A stretch of DNA of 62,318 nt, filler included, from an uncultured Methanoregulaceae archaeon (GCA_964530035.1; 6 parts of 6 records of this genome joined end to end with filler, not necessarily neighbours in it), one strand, 5' to 3'; shown: positions 21,098 to 31,458, counted from the whole stretch's first letter. Made by a program: numbers and translations. The notes: generated by a model from the sequence alone, not told the origin.

Positions 21098-21310
21098 GCT
21101 GCCGCCCCCCAAACCCCCTGCATACGATAGCCATGGCAAGCCGTTGGCGATTCTGTTATCAGAGTTGTTTGTGGCACGGTTTTTGTAGTTTTGGTGTTCA
21201 GTGGGTTTTTCCCGTTTGAAATCTTCATGAAGGGTCATAAAACCGCCGCCGGGGCGTCCTTCGTGGGCGGCGGCATATCGTTACCGGGGTGTGGGGGCGA
21301 AGCCCCCCAA
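21098..21310. repeat. ~215-nt GC-hairpin-capped interspersed repeat, copy 2 (at contig edge)
   Basis: Homologous along its length to 15749-15961. Confidence 0.85.
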
Positions 21311-21413
21311 TTAAAGGTACTCCCGAAAAGGATCGTCTTTCATCCGGATTGTCAGGTCATGTGCACGGGGTACAACCGGGCCGGTTATCATGGAACGCAC
21401 GCATTCAGTGATC

Positions 21414-21830
21414 ATGGATCCCCGGATACATATCATAACCCTTGGAGTGACGGATTTCAATCGTGCCCTCGCGTTCTACCGCGACGGCCTTGGCTGGGCG
21501 GCCCGGGTACAGGACGACATCGCATTTTTCATGCTCAACGGGGTCATCCTTGCCCTGTATCCCCGTGACCGGCTGGCAGAGGATGCTATGGTCCCGGACG
21601 CGGGAAGCGGGTTTCCGGGGTTTACTCTTGCCTTTCTCACGAAGGATGAGGCCGAGGTCGATTCGATACTCGAAACGGTACGGGCGCTTGGCGCACGTGT
21701 CCTGAAGCCCGGCCAGAAAACGTTCTGGGGAGGATACGGCGGATATTTTACCGACCCTGACGGCTACATCTGGGAAGTCGCCCATAACCCGTTCCTGAAA
21801 ATCGACCCGAAAGGAAATGTTACCTTCTAG
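21414..21830 (+). CDS. VOC/glyoxalase family protein
   Basis: RIHIITLGV..FY, FWGGYGGYFTDPDGYIWEVA. Confidence 0.9.
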   Translation: MDPRIHIITLGVTDFNRALAFYRDGLGWAARVQDDIAFFMLNGVILALYPRDRLAEDAMVPDAGSGFPGFTLAFLTKDEAEVDSILETVRALGARVLKPGQKTFWGGYGGYFTDPDGYIWEVAHNPFLKIDPKGNVTF

Positions 21831-21927
21831 AGTCCGCTCGCGGTACACTGCAATACACCCCGGTTCCCCGGGCGGGATTAACCGGTCCCCGGGCTGAAAA
21901 GAGGAACGGAAAGGTGATCTGCAGGGA

Positions 21928-24900
21928 TCATTTCTTCCCGGTATATCTCCATGCCCCGTCCGGCACCGTAATCTCAAACCGTGCCCCCTTCCCGGGTTCA
22001 CTGTTCTCGGCAATCGTGATGCCGGTGATCGCGAGGATCTCGCGGGAGAGGAAGAGCCCGAGGCCGGTGTTCTTGCCATATCCGCGGGTGAACAATGGCC
22101 CCTTGTCCCCGGCGCTGATCCCAACCCCGTCATCCTCCACGCTGATGATGAGATTTGCGCCCTCTCTCCGGTCCGTGATCCTGATGGTGGTCATCTGCTC
22201 ACCGCCGTACCGGAGGGCATTCCCAAAAAGGTTGTAGAACACCCGCACAAGCAGGGGGTCGGCAAATACCTCGAGCGAGGGGTCTCCCCGCTCGACCCGG
22301 ATGGTGCCCAGGGGCAGCTGGGGCAGGATCGAACCGGTGAGGTCCCACACGTTCTGCCATGCGGGGGACTGGACGCCAAGCTTCTCGTAGTCCTTGGTGA
22401 ACCCAATCAGGGCGGAGATGGCTGTTATGGTCTCGGTCGCCTTCCGGCTGAGGTCGGCAAGGCAGGCAGGGTCATCCCGTGACCGCCGGGACAGTTCGAT
22501 GAACCCGGCAAGGACCAGCAGCTGGTTCCTGATGTCATGGCGGGTGATCTCAGTGAGGAGGCCCAGTTTCCTGTTGGCAGCGACCAGGGCCTTTTCGGCC
22601 CGTTTCCGGTCGGTGATATTGACAAGGAGGGAGAGGGTGACGTTCTCCCCCTTGTACGAGATATCGATCGCACGGACGATCAGGTTGAGAGTATCGCCAT
22701 CCTTCCTGATGAAATCAACTTCGTATTCCGTTATGCTCTCTGTGCCTGCACCCCTCCGGTCCATCGCATCGAGGGCTGCCTTCCGGGAATCTGCCGTCAG
22801 GAACCCGAGGATGCTCTTCCCGGTGAGTTCCTCGCGGCTATAGCCGGATGCCTGGACCCCGGCATCGTTGACGTACAGGATCTCTTCCCTGCGGGTGATG
22901 ACGACCGGCCCGGGGGCATGGTTCACGATGGCCGAGTACCGTTCCTCGCTCTCCCGGAGAGCATCTTCTGCCTTTTTACGGTCGGTAATATCCCTACCAT
23001 TGACCTGGTATTCAACGACCTGTCGGTCAGGTCCGAAGATTGCCTTGACCGTCCAGAGCTGCCAGTACGTTTTCCCGTCAGAACCCGTGACAACGCGCTC
23101 CATGTCCCTGACAGGTTCCTCGACCGTCAGCGAACTCAGGAATTGCTCGACCGCCTCGTGATTTTTCACCTGCATGAGTTCGCGGATCGTCGTGCCCACG
23201 ATATTCTCAATCCCGAACCATGGTTTGAAATACGCATGATAGGCTTCGTTGACAAACGTAATCGTTCCATCCGGGGTGAACCGTGCTATCATCTCGGTGT
23301 GAGCATCCACGATCGAACGGTACCGCTCCTCGCTTGCCTGGAGTGCAGCTTCTGCCTGGATACGGTCGGTCACGTCCCGGCCGTGGAAGAGGCTGCCCTG
23401 GATGCCCTCCACATCCGGGAGGTACGTAACGGAGCCTTCTATATAGATGACCTGCCCGTTGCTCATGGTACGGCGGAACGGCGCAATCTGGACAGGCTGG
23501 TGCGGGGTCTGGCGGGCTTTATGGCTGGCCTCGACAAGTCGCCCCAGGTCATCCGGGTGGATGGCGAAGGGGGTGTCAGTACCGGTTGCATTCCGCCCGA
23601 GGACCTCTTCAGGGGTATACCCGGAAAGACGGAAGACCGAAGGACTCACATAGGTGTACCTGCCCTCTTCATCCGTGATCGCTGTCAGGTCCTCGATGTT
23701 CTCGGTGAATGCCCTGAACCGCTCCTCGGTCCTCCGGAGGGCCTCCTCAACCCGCTTGCGCTCCGTGATGTCCCGGAAGATCCCCTCGACCCCGAGGAAC
23801 CTGCCATCATCATCAAAATATTTGTGACTGCTGGTGATTACCGTGACCAGGGTCCCGTCACGGTGTTTGAGAAGGACTTCATAATTTGTGACCGATCCGG
23901 TCTTTTCAAGGTCTTCAAGAAAAACCGTGCGGTCATCCGGGTTGGCATACAGCGATGTGGCAATATCCTTCCCATAGAGGGATGATACCGGGGAATACCC
24001 AAGCACATCTGCGAGGGACGGGCTGGCAGAGAGGAGGTTTCCGGCAGTGTCAGTCCGGTAGTAGACGTCCTGGATATTCTCAAGGATGCTGCGGTAGTCC
24101 TTCTCGCTCCTCCGGACCTTCTGTTCGCTGGTTTTGAGTTCCTCGAATTGTGCCCTGAGCTGCTCTTCTGCTGCGGCGAGGTTTTCATAGGCCTGCCGCA
24201 GGTCGTCTTCGGCCTTGCGCCGCTCGGAGATGTCCACAAGTGACGCCACACTGTTGTTTGAGCCCGGGATCATGCCGACATGCACGAAAACATCGTGGGT
24301 ATGACCCGTGGCATCGACCAGGCGGGACTCGTATATGTCAGGCACACCTTCCGGGTCTTTCCTTCGGGCGTAATGATACCCCTTCATCCTTTCGGTGTCT
24401 TCAGCGTTGAAAAAGACGGTCCAGCTGAGCTTATTCTCCTGTTCCCCGCGGGGCATGCCGGTCAGGATCTCCCAGCCCCGGTTGGCACGGAGGATTGTGG
24501 TATCGGGCCCGATGATGATACTGGCTGCCCCGGTGTAATCGAAGATCGTCCGGTACAGGTTCTCGGACTGCCTGAGGTCTTCCTCCACCCGTTTCCGGTC
24601 GGTGATATCCTTGCCTATCGACTGGAACTCGATGATGCGACCTTCATTATCAAATATGGCGAGGTCGTTCCACCAGTGCCACCGGACACTGCCGTCAGGC
24701 AGGGTGACACGGTGTTCACTCTCGCCACTGGGCTGGTCCGGGGTGAAGGAAGCGAAGTATTTCCTGAGGCGTTCGCGGTCCTCTTCCGGGATAAAGGGGA
24801 CGAAGCGGTGTCCGATGATCTCCTCCCGGGTTTTTTTGAAATGCCGGCAGTATGCCTCGTTGACAAAGACATAGGTTCCGTCAGGCTGAAAGCGGCAGAT

Positions 24901-25773
24901 GAACTCGGTCTGGGTTTCGACGACCTCCCGGTACCGGCGCTCGCTCTCCCGGAGTGACAGTTCGGCTTTTCGCAAGTCCGTGATATCCCGGATGGACTCG
25001 ATGGCGCCGACAATATTTCCCTCCGGGTCATAGAGCGGGCTTGCCTTGCCAAGGAGCGTGACCTCCCTGCCCTGTGGTCGGGGAAGAGTTGTTTCCGCAA
25101 TGAGGAGGTCCTTCTGGTGGATGATACGCGAATAGTCCCGTGCAATGACCTCGTCAGGTTCAAAGATGAGGTCGATGAGGATTTTCCGCCGGGTGTCGTA
25201 AAATGGCAGGGCATAGGCATAATCACCCTTCCCGAGGATATCCTGTGCAGCAACGCCCGTCATCTCCTCGATTGCCCGGTTCCAGGCGATGACACAACCG
25301 GACCTGTCTATGGCAAAGGTCGCATCCGGGAGGAAATTGATAATGTCCTCAAGCCTTTTCTGGGAATCTATCAGGGCCTGCTCGGCTCTCCGCTTCCCGG
25401 AAGCCTGCCGTATCTTGTGCGCCAGCTCGGCAAACTGCGACTTTGTTTCCCCCCCTTTCTGGAGGTAGAAGTCAGCACCTTCGTTCAGGGCGGTGATGAC
25501 GATCTCCTCGCGGCCCCGTCCGGTGAAAAGGATGAACGGGATATCGTTTCCCGATGCCCGGACCGCCTTTAAAAAACCTATCCCGTCCATCCCCGGCATC
25601 TGGTAGTCCGAGATAATGGCATCGTAGTGCTTCTGCCCGAGCAGTGCCAGTGCATGAAGGGCCGACGGGATGATGTCAACCCTGAACTCCGTTTCGCGCT
25701 CCAGGAAACGTTTTCCAATCTCAAGGAGCGTAGGTTCATCATCGACATACAGGACGCGGAGTACTGGGGCCAT
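21928..25773 (-). CDS. Hybrid sensor histidine kinase: REC - 7 PAS/PAC - HisKA - HATPase
   Basis: VLYVDDE, ISDYQMP receiver; seven PAS units ending RDIT(D/E)R-like; H-box TRHDIRNQL; N-box NLFGNA; G boxes DDGVGI and GLGL. No transmembrane segment seen. Confidence 0.93.
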   Translation of the reverse strand: MAPVLRVLYVDDEPTLLEIGKRFLERETEFRVDIIPSALHALALLGQKHYDAIISDYQMPGMDGIGFLKAVRASGNDIPFILFTGRGREEIVITALNEGADFYLQKGGETKSQFAELAHKIRQASGKRRAEQALIDSQKRLEDIINFLPDATFAIDRSGCVIAWNRAIEEMTGVAAQDILGKGDYAYALPFYDTRRKILIDLIFEPDEVIARDYSRIIHQKDLLIAETTLPRPQGREVTLLGKASPLYDPEGNIVGAIESIRDITDLRKAELSLRESERRYREVVETQTEFICRFQPDGTYVFVNEAYCRHFKKTREEIIGHRFVPFIPEEDRERLRKYFASFTPDQPSGESEHRVTLPDGSVRWHWWNDLAIFDNEGRIIEFQSIGKDITDRKRVEEDLRQSENLYRTIFDYTGAASIIIGPDTTILRANRGWEILTGMPRGEQENKLSWTVFFNAEDTERMKGYHYARRKDPEGVPDIYESRLVDATGHTHDVFVHVGMIPGSNNSVASLVDISERRKAEDDLRQAYENLAAAEEQLRAQFEELKTSEQKVRRSEKDYRSILENIQDVYYRTDTAGNLLSASPSLADVLGYSPVSSLYGKDIATSLYANPDDRTVFLEDLEKTGSVTNYEVLLKHRDGTLVTVITSSHKYFDDDGRFLGVEGIFRDITERKRVEEALRRTEERFRAFTENIEDLTAITDEEGRYTYVSPSVFRLSGYTPEEVLGRNATGTDTPFAIHPDDLGRLVEASHKARQTPHQPVQIAPFRRTMSNGQVIYIEGSVTYLPDVEGIQGSLFHGRDVTDRIQAEAALQASEERYRSIVDAHTEMIARFTPDGTITFVNEAYHAYFKPWFGIENIVGTTIRELMQVKNHEAVEQFLSSLTVEEPVRDMERVVTGSDGKTYWQLWTVKAIFGPDRQVVEYQVNGRDITDRKKAEDALRESEERYSAIVNHAPGPVVITRREEILYVNDAGVQASGYSREELTGKSILGFLTADSRKAALDAMDRRGAGTESITEYEVDFIRKDGDTLNLIVRAIDISYKGENVTLSLLVNITDRKRAEKALVAANRKLGLLTEITRHDIRNQLLVLAGFIELSRRSRDDPACLADLSRKATETITAISALIGFTKDYEKLGVQSPAWQNVWDLTGSILPQLPLGTIRVERGDPSLEVFADPLLVRVFYNLFGNALRYGGEQMTTIRITDRREGANLIISVEDDGVGISAGDKGPLFTRGYGKNTGLGLFLSREILAITGITIAENSEPGKGARFEITVPDGAWRYTGKK

Positions 25774-26258
25774 CGTAGCTGAAACTATCTGCGATTTTGC
25801 CAAGCAAGGTAGAAATAAGTTGGTATAACCGACCGGCAGGCTGCTGCGTGTTTCAGAAAATATGTGAACGCCGGGTGCTCCCTGCGTAAAAACGTCGTTC
25901 AGGACCCCCCGGGACCTGCAACCCACTCACTTTCATGTGTATTACTGGTTCCATGAACAGAGGAGCATTCACCCGGGACCCTTGGAAGACCCGTGATCAA
26001 TGAATACGTTTGCACAGGGTACGTCGCGGTTCCCCGGTGGGAAGACGCCCTGGAAGGCGAATCACCGGGTCCACGCACCAGTCACGCCGGCATGCATGTT
26101 CCGCTGCCCGTGGCCGGACCCTGGCTCATTTCATTGTCCGGGAAAACACGGAAAGGAGCCTGCGGTCCACCCCGGCAGGGACCTGCCGGGCCTGCGGGGA
26201 AGCTGCTAGAAATGCCTGGTGCACCCATGCTGTACGAGAACACCCGTTCGTGATATCC

Positions 26259-27077
26259 ATGGATTCATTCGCCTCCGCGTTTGCCCGGGTGGACCAGGCA
26301 CCCGACAGCCGGTCCTGTGTCAGCTGCCTCGATTTCATCCACTCCCTCCCTTTTTTCCAGGAATGTAAGAACAGGAGTTTCCAGGAGCTCCGCGTCCGGC
26401 CCGGGGCACGGGTGCTCGAGGTCGGTTGTGGAAACGGTACTGATCTCGCTGTCCTTGCCGGGCTCGTCGGAGGCGAGGGACGGGTCACCGGCATCGACGC
26501 AAGCCTCACCATGCTTGCCACGGCCAGGGACCGGAACACCGGCGGGAACGCCAAGGTCCTGGACTTCGTCCGGTGTGATGCAGCGAACCTGTCGTTCCCG
26601 GACCAGGCCTTCGATGCCGCACGGGCAGACCGGGTGCTCCAGCACACAAAGAGCCCTCCCGGTGTCATTCAGGAAATGGCACGAGTCACACGCCCTTCCG
26701 GCAGGGTCGTCGTCTTTGAACCGGACTGGGAAACCCTGGTCCTCTGGCCAGGTGACCGGGAGGTCACCCGCAGCATCCTGAACCTCTGGTGTGACCGCTT
26801 TCCCTCGGGATGGGCCGGCCGGTCCCTGTATGCCTCGTTCAGGGCGGCGGGCCTCGCCGAGGTGACCGTGGTGCCGTTGAACCTCGTGCTTCCTGACCTT
26901 GCACTCGCCGGGAGGTTATATGACCTCCCCACCACCCTGCGGCTTGCTGTCGCTGCAGGGGTCGTCAGCTCCCGGCAGGCTGAGGACTGGACCAGGGAGC
27001 AGGTGCAGGCCGGCGCTGCCGGGCAGTTCTTCAGTTCGATGACTTTTTATCTCGTTTCCGGTACCAGGCCGGGCTGA
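26259..27077 (+). CDS. Class I SAM-dependent methyltransferase
   Basis: VLEVGCGNG, GIDAS, DAANLSFPDQAFD, EMARVTRPSG. Confidence 0.88.
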   Translation: MDSFASAFARVDQAPDSRSCVSCLDFIHSLPFFQECKNRSFQELRVRPGARVLEVGCGNGTDLAVLAGLVGGEGRVTGIDASLTMLATARDRNTGGNAKVLDFVRCDAANLSFPDQAFDAARADRVLQHTKSPPGVIQEMARVTRPSGRVVVFEPDWETLVLWPGDREVTRSILNLWCDRFPSGWAGRSLYASFRAAGLAEVTVVPLNLVLPDLALAGRLYDLPTTLRLAVAAGVVSSRQAEDWTREQVQAGAAGQFFSSMTFYLVSGTRPG

Positions 27078-27346
27078 ATGTGCCCGTTGCCTCCCCCGGA
27101 GATCTCTGAAAACCGGCTGTCATCCGCGGACCAGGGAAAAGAGAGGACTTCCAGCCCGGGTCAGCCAGTGCGCAACCGGAGGTGTCCTGGTACCGGTGAG
27201 GGAGGTTGAAAACGGGTGATGCATGGATGAACGGGTGTACGGACTGGTCTGTGACCGCCACGACCTGAAGAAAGGGGAATACCTGCAGGACGGCCGTTCA
27301 TTACCAGTACGCAAGATTTTTTCATTTCTTTTTTCAAGGATCTGGT

Positions 27347-27565
27347 ATGTCGTCCATTAAGGGATATACCGACTACACGCGTCGGGAATACTGTCGTGAC
27401 GTGAAATGCCCGATACAGTCCCTGCTCAACAGGGAAACGGAAAAATCCCCTGAATATGAAGAGATCCGGGCAATTTGTGCATCAAAGTGCCTTCACACCA
27501 CCCACGAGTTCCACCAGTGGTTAATCAACAGGGGCTACCTGATCGTCAGGCCGGACAGGCCCTAG
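27347..27565 (+). CDS. Small Cys/His-containing hypothetical protein (72 aa)
   Basis: EYCRDVKCP and ICASKCLHTTHEFH; clean ORF after an AT-rich promoter-like stretch. Confidence 0.75.
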   Translation: MSSIKGYTDYTRREYCRDVKCPIQSLLNRETEKSPEYEEIRAICASKCLHTTHEFHQWLINRGYLIVRPDRP

Positions 27566-27614
27566 TCCCAATGTTTTTTTCGTTCCATGTCATTTATTCC
27601 GGTGAAGGATCACC

Positions 27615-28439
27615 ATGGCAACTACCTATCCTGACGTCGGAATCCAGAGCCGGATGAACCGGATCATCAACCCGAAGGACAACCGGGTGGTGATGTTTGC
27701 GATTGACCACCCCTACTTCCAGGGCCCGACCACCGGACTCCGCAACATGAGCAACACGATCCGGACCCTCATGCCCTACTGCGACTGCCTCATGACGACC
27801 CGCGGGGCGGTGCGGAACAACATTGCGCCTGAGGCACTGGGCTCGAAACCCATCATGCTGCGGGTTTCCGGGGGGAACAGCGTCCTGTTTGAGGAACTGA
27901 GCGACGAGAAGATCACCGTCGGCATCAGGGAGGCCATCCGGATGGACGCTGCCGGGGTCGCCGTGAGCGTGTATGTTGGCTCCGCCAACCAGCAGCAGAC
28001 GATCCTGAACCTCACCGATACGATCAACCACGCCGAGGAATACGGGATCCCCGTCCTCGCAGTCACGGCCGTCGGGAAAAACATGGCCCGCGACCTGCGC
28101 TACCTGGCGCTCGCATCCCGTATCTGCCAGGACGCGGGGGCGAGGATTGTCAAGACCTATTACTGCGAGGAGTTTTCGAGGCTTGTTGACGCTGTCGCCC
28201 CGACCGCGGTCGTCGTCGCCGGCGGCAAGTACTCGAGCCCTCCTGACGCACTCCGGATGGCCTTCGACTCGGTTGAGGCCGGAGCAGTGGGAGTTGACTT
28301 CGGACGGAACATCTTCCAGGACGAGAACCCGGTCGGCATGATCCGGGCAATTGGTTCCATCGTCCATGGTAATCATACTGTCAAGGAAGCCATGGATATC
28401 TACCAGGAATGCCTCCCCCGGGCGTCCAGGCTTGACTAA
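27615..28439 (+). CDS. lsrF: LsrF-like class I aldolase-fold thiolase
   Basis: AIDHPYFQGPTTGL, LRVSGGNS, LAVTAVGK, Schiff-base IVKTYY, GVDFGRNIFQ, matching LsrF rather than generic DhnA. Confidence 0.8.
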   Translation: MATTYPDVGIQSRMNRIINPKDNRVVMFAIDHPYFQGPTTGLRNMSNTIRTLMPYCDCLMTTRGAVRNNIAPEALGSKPIMLRVSGGNSVLFEELSDEKITVGIREAIRMDAAGVAVSVYVGSANQQQTILNLTDTINHAEEYGIPVLAVTAVGKNMARDLRYLALASRICQDAGARIVKTYYCEEFSRLVDAVAPTAVVVAGGKYSSPPDALRMAFDSVEAGAVGVDFGRNIFQDENPVGMIRAIGSIVHGNHTVKEAMDIYQECLPRASRLD

Positions 28440-28505
28440 CATTTTTCATTTCGCCGGGGTGAACTCTTTGCAGGTGTTTGACAGAAGACCGTTCCAGGAG
28501 ACTCC

Positions 28506-29558
28506 ATGAGAGCAGCGGTGTATTATTCGAACAGCGACATCCGCACCGAGGATGTCGATGACCTCCCGGTCGGGCCAGGAGAGGTGAAGGTCAGGGTCAT
28601 GGCATGCGGGGTGTGCGGGTCGGATGTCATGGAGTGGTACCGGGTCAGGCGTGCAGGAAGGCCCGGTGGCATCGGGGCGTTCGGACATGAGTGCACGGGG
28701 GTCATAACAGAAACCGGTCCCGGTGTCGACCCGGAATGGAAGGTCGGCGACCGGGTGGTGATGACGCACCATGTCGCCTGCAACACGTGCCGTGCATGCG
28801 TCCGCGGGCACACGACGGCATGCAGGACCCTGCAGACAACGAAATTCAAGCAGGGATATGGTGCGTTTGCTGAATACACCGTGCTGCCCGCAATCAACGT
28901 GGACCGGGGTCTGGTCCGCCTCCCTGGGACCGTGTCATTTGATGCCGGGACCTTTGTCGAACCCCTCGGGTGCGTGGTGCGGGGGCAGCGCTGGGCACCG
29001 ACCTCGGACGGACGGTCGGTCCTAATCATCGGTGCCGGCATCACCGGGCTTCTCCATGTCCAGGCAGCCCGGCTGAATGGTGCGGGGTTCATCGCGGTGT
29101 CGGACATGAACCCGGACCGGCTGGAGCTCGCCCGCAAGTTCGGCGCTGATGCGACCATCGCCGCGGCTGACGATGTCCCGGGAAGGTTCAGGGAGCTCAA
29201 CGACGGGTGGGGTGCCGACACCGTGATCATGACGGCACCGGTCCCCGTGTGCGTGGAACAGTCCCTCGAAGCGGTCGGACCGGGTGGCACGGTCCTCTTT
29301 TTCGCTCCCACGCGTCCGGAAATCCAGTCCGGGATCAACCTCTGGGACCTGTGGCAGAAGGAGATAACGGTTACCCATTCCTATGCTGCAGATTACCATG
29401 ACCTCAGAACGGCCCTGACCTGGATCGGGCACGACAGGATCAACGTGACGGACATGATAACCCACGTCGTACCCCTGAAGAACACGGTTGAAGGGTTTCT
29501 CCTGACCGCCAGGCCGCGGGACGGCAGCCTGAAGGCAATCGTCCATCCGCAGGAGTGA
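28506..29558 (+). CDS. Zinc-dependent alcohol/sugar dehydrogenase (MDR family)
   Basis: CGVCGSD, GHE, structural Zn CNTCRACVRGHTTAC, GAGITG, VEPLGC. Confidence 0.9.
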   Translation: MRAAVYYSNSDIRTEDVDDLPVGPGEVKVRVMACGVCGSDVMEWYRVRRAGRPGGIGAFGHECTGVITETGPGVDPEWKVGDRVVMTHHVACNTCRACVRGHTTACRTLQTTKFKQGYGAFAEYTVLPAINVDRGLVRLPGTVSFDAGTFVEPLGCVVRGQRWAPTSDGRSVLIIGAGITGLLHVQAARLNGAGFIAVSDMNPDRLELARKFGADATIAAADDVPGRFRELNDGWGADTVIMTAPVPVCVEQSLEAVGPGGTVLFFAPTRPEIQSGINLWDLWQKEITVTHSYAADYHDLRTALTWIGHDRINVTDMITHVVPLKNTVEGFLLTARPRDGSLKAIVHPQE

Positions 29559-29612
29559 ATTTCATGGGACCCCCGAGCAGGGGGCCACCCGGAGATAGCC
29601 CCCTGTGACGGC

Positions 29613-30371
29613 CTATGTCCGGTCTCCCTTCTCTCCTGCTGAAGGCTTGTGTTTTGGTTTCCTTCGGGGTCCCGGGACCACGGGCCCGGTCAGGAAGGAA
29701 GGCGATGACAAAAGGTCCGTGACCTCCCTGGTGCAGGGACGGTCACCGGGCGAGAGGGCCGGGATGATGAACCGCAGGAACTCCCCGGCGTACTGTTCGA
29801 AGCTGAACCCGGCATCCCCGATCACCTGTTTCCACTTGTCTTCCATGGACAGGATGTTCATGAAGGAGGTCATGAGGTACATCGAGGCGAGGAAGGGGTC
29901 GATATCGGCACGGATGCTGCCGTCCCTGATCCCTTCGCGGATGGCATCCCGCAGGATCAGGCGGCAGGTGCCATACCCCTTCCCGATATCAGCGGTGCAC
30001 GGGTTTTCCCGGGAAAAACGTTCAGAACCGTAAAAGTGGATCATGCGGAGGTAATCAGGGTATTCCAGGGAAAATAGGTAGTAGGCCCGGCCCATGAGGG
30101 CTACCCTGACGATCCCCGGCTTATCCTGTTCCATGCACGCAAGGTATTTTTCCTTCAGGAGTTCGATACCCCGGAGGACGATGGTGGCGTACAGGGCTTC
30201 TTTATTTTTAAAGTAGAGATAGATGGTGGCCTTGTTCAGCTCGACTTCGCGGGCGATCTCCTCCATGGAGACCTCTTCGTACGTCCGTGAAAAAAAGAGC
30301 CGTTCGGCCGCGTCGAGGATTGCAGTCCTCCGCTGCTCCTTCTCACGTTGTTTCCTGTCAGCTATTCCCAT
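29613..30371 (-). CDS. TetR/AcrR family transcriptional regulator
   Basis: ILDAAERLF...SMEEIAREVELNKATIYLYFKNKEAL. Confidence 0.92.
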   Translation of the reverse strand: MGIADRKQREKEQRRTAILDAAERLFFSRTYEEVSMEEIAREVELNKATIYLYFKNKEALYATIVLRGIELLKEKYLACMEQDKPGIVRVALMGRAYYLFSLEYPDYLRMIHFYGSERFSRENPCTADIGKGYGTCRLILRDAIREGIRDGSIRADIDPFLASMYLMTSFMNILSMEDKWKQVIGDAGFSFEQYAGEFLRFIIPALSPGDRPCTREVTDLLSSPSFLTGPVVPGPRRKPKHKPSAGEKGDRT

Positions 30372-30515
30372 ACGTCTGCTCCTGGCACCGCCTGGGAGTA
30401 GTGCATACGGGACAGGCGATGATGAAGTGCTCTGTCCAAATTATCCGGGGAGTGGGTTTTTGCCAGTCCTTTCACCTGAAACAAACCTGTCTTCATGTCC
30501 ATCTCTCCGGAGAGG

Positions 30516-31406
30516 TCATATATCTCCCCTGACCCAGGCTGTAATCAGCGCCCGCGAGATGCTCGCCCGTGTGGGGATGAGTGGCAGGTTGTCACGGGCG
30601 AACCAGCCGGCAGCCTCGATCTCCCGGCCGTCGGTCCGTATCTCTCCTCCGGCATGGTCTGCGACAAAACCGGTCATGAGCGAATCGGGAAACGGCCACG
30701 GTTCGCTCCCGAAATACCGGAGGTTGCGTACTTCAATGCCGGCTTCCTCGCGGACTTCCCGGCGGACGGTCTCCTCGAGGTTCTCACCTGGTTCATTGAA
30801 CCCGGCGATCAGCGAGAAGAAGCCTGGCGGAGCGCCAGGGGAACGGGCGAGGAGGGCCGCCTCTCCCTTTTTCACAAGTACGATGACGGCAGGGGAGATA
30901 CGGGGGTAGGTGACGGAGCTGCAGGCCGGGCAGACCTTGGCCCTCTCGGTCGCGAGAGGACGGGTCATGGCTCCGCACCTGCCGCAGTAGGCGGTCGAAC
31001 GGTCATAGTCAAGGACCCGCACCGCATAGGAGGCGACGGCCTCCTCGTGTTCCGGGACCCTTCCCGATAGTTCCCTGACCGGCAACGGCTTCCCGCCGCA
31101 CGGCACCATGGCTCCGTCCGGGACCCCGGCTGCATAATAGACACGGTCTTTGCAGATGCCGAGGTACACCGGTGCACCGGATGCAATTCCTGCAGGGAGC
31201 GGGTCAGGCATGAAAACCGTGCCTGAACCCTGTTTTTCCAGATGGAACACGGAACCGTCCTGCACCAGGACCAAGCGCCTGTGTCCCGGCGGTACTTCCC
31301 CAGGTTCCGGGTAAACGGGGAGGAGGGGCCGCACGGTGTAGAACGGCTGGTGCTCCAGGTTATTGTCCCGTGAACGGTCCATGATGGTCTCCGGGCTGCA
31401 GTTCAT
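30516..31406 (-). CDS. nudC: NADH pyrophosphatase NudC
   Basis: Zinc ribbon YCGRCG...CPACS, YPRISPAVIV, Nudix box AGFNEPGENLEETVRREVREEAG, SEPWPFPDSLM. Confidence 0.92.
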   Translation of the reverse strand: MNCSPETIMDRSRDNNLEHQPFYTVRPLLPVYPEPGEVPPGHRRLVLVQDGSVFHLEKQGSGTVFMPDPLPAGIASGAPVYLGICKDRVYYAAGVPDGAMVPCGGKPLPVRELSGRVPEHEEAVASYAVRVLDYDRSTAYCGRCGAMTRPLATERAKVCPACSSVTYPRISPAVIVLVKKGEAALLARSPGAPPGFFSLIAGFNEPGENLEETVRREVREEAGIEVRNLRYFGSEPWPFPDSLMTGFVADHAGGEIRTDGREIEAAGWFARDNLPLIPTRASISRALITAWVRGDI

Positions 31407-31458
31407 GGAGGGATACCTAGAGGTAGTACTCCGGCACCTTCGGTTCCGGATAGAGGGT

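Noticed and set aside
22537..23985. Long antisense ORFs (e.g. 22537-23985, 13215-14075, 47594-48622, 27594-28442)
   Set aside because: Shadow frames of GC-rich genes with clear motifs on the opposite strand.
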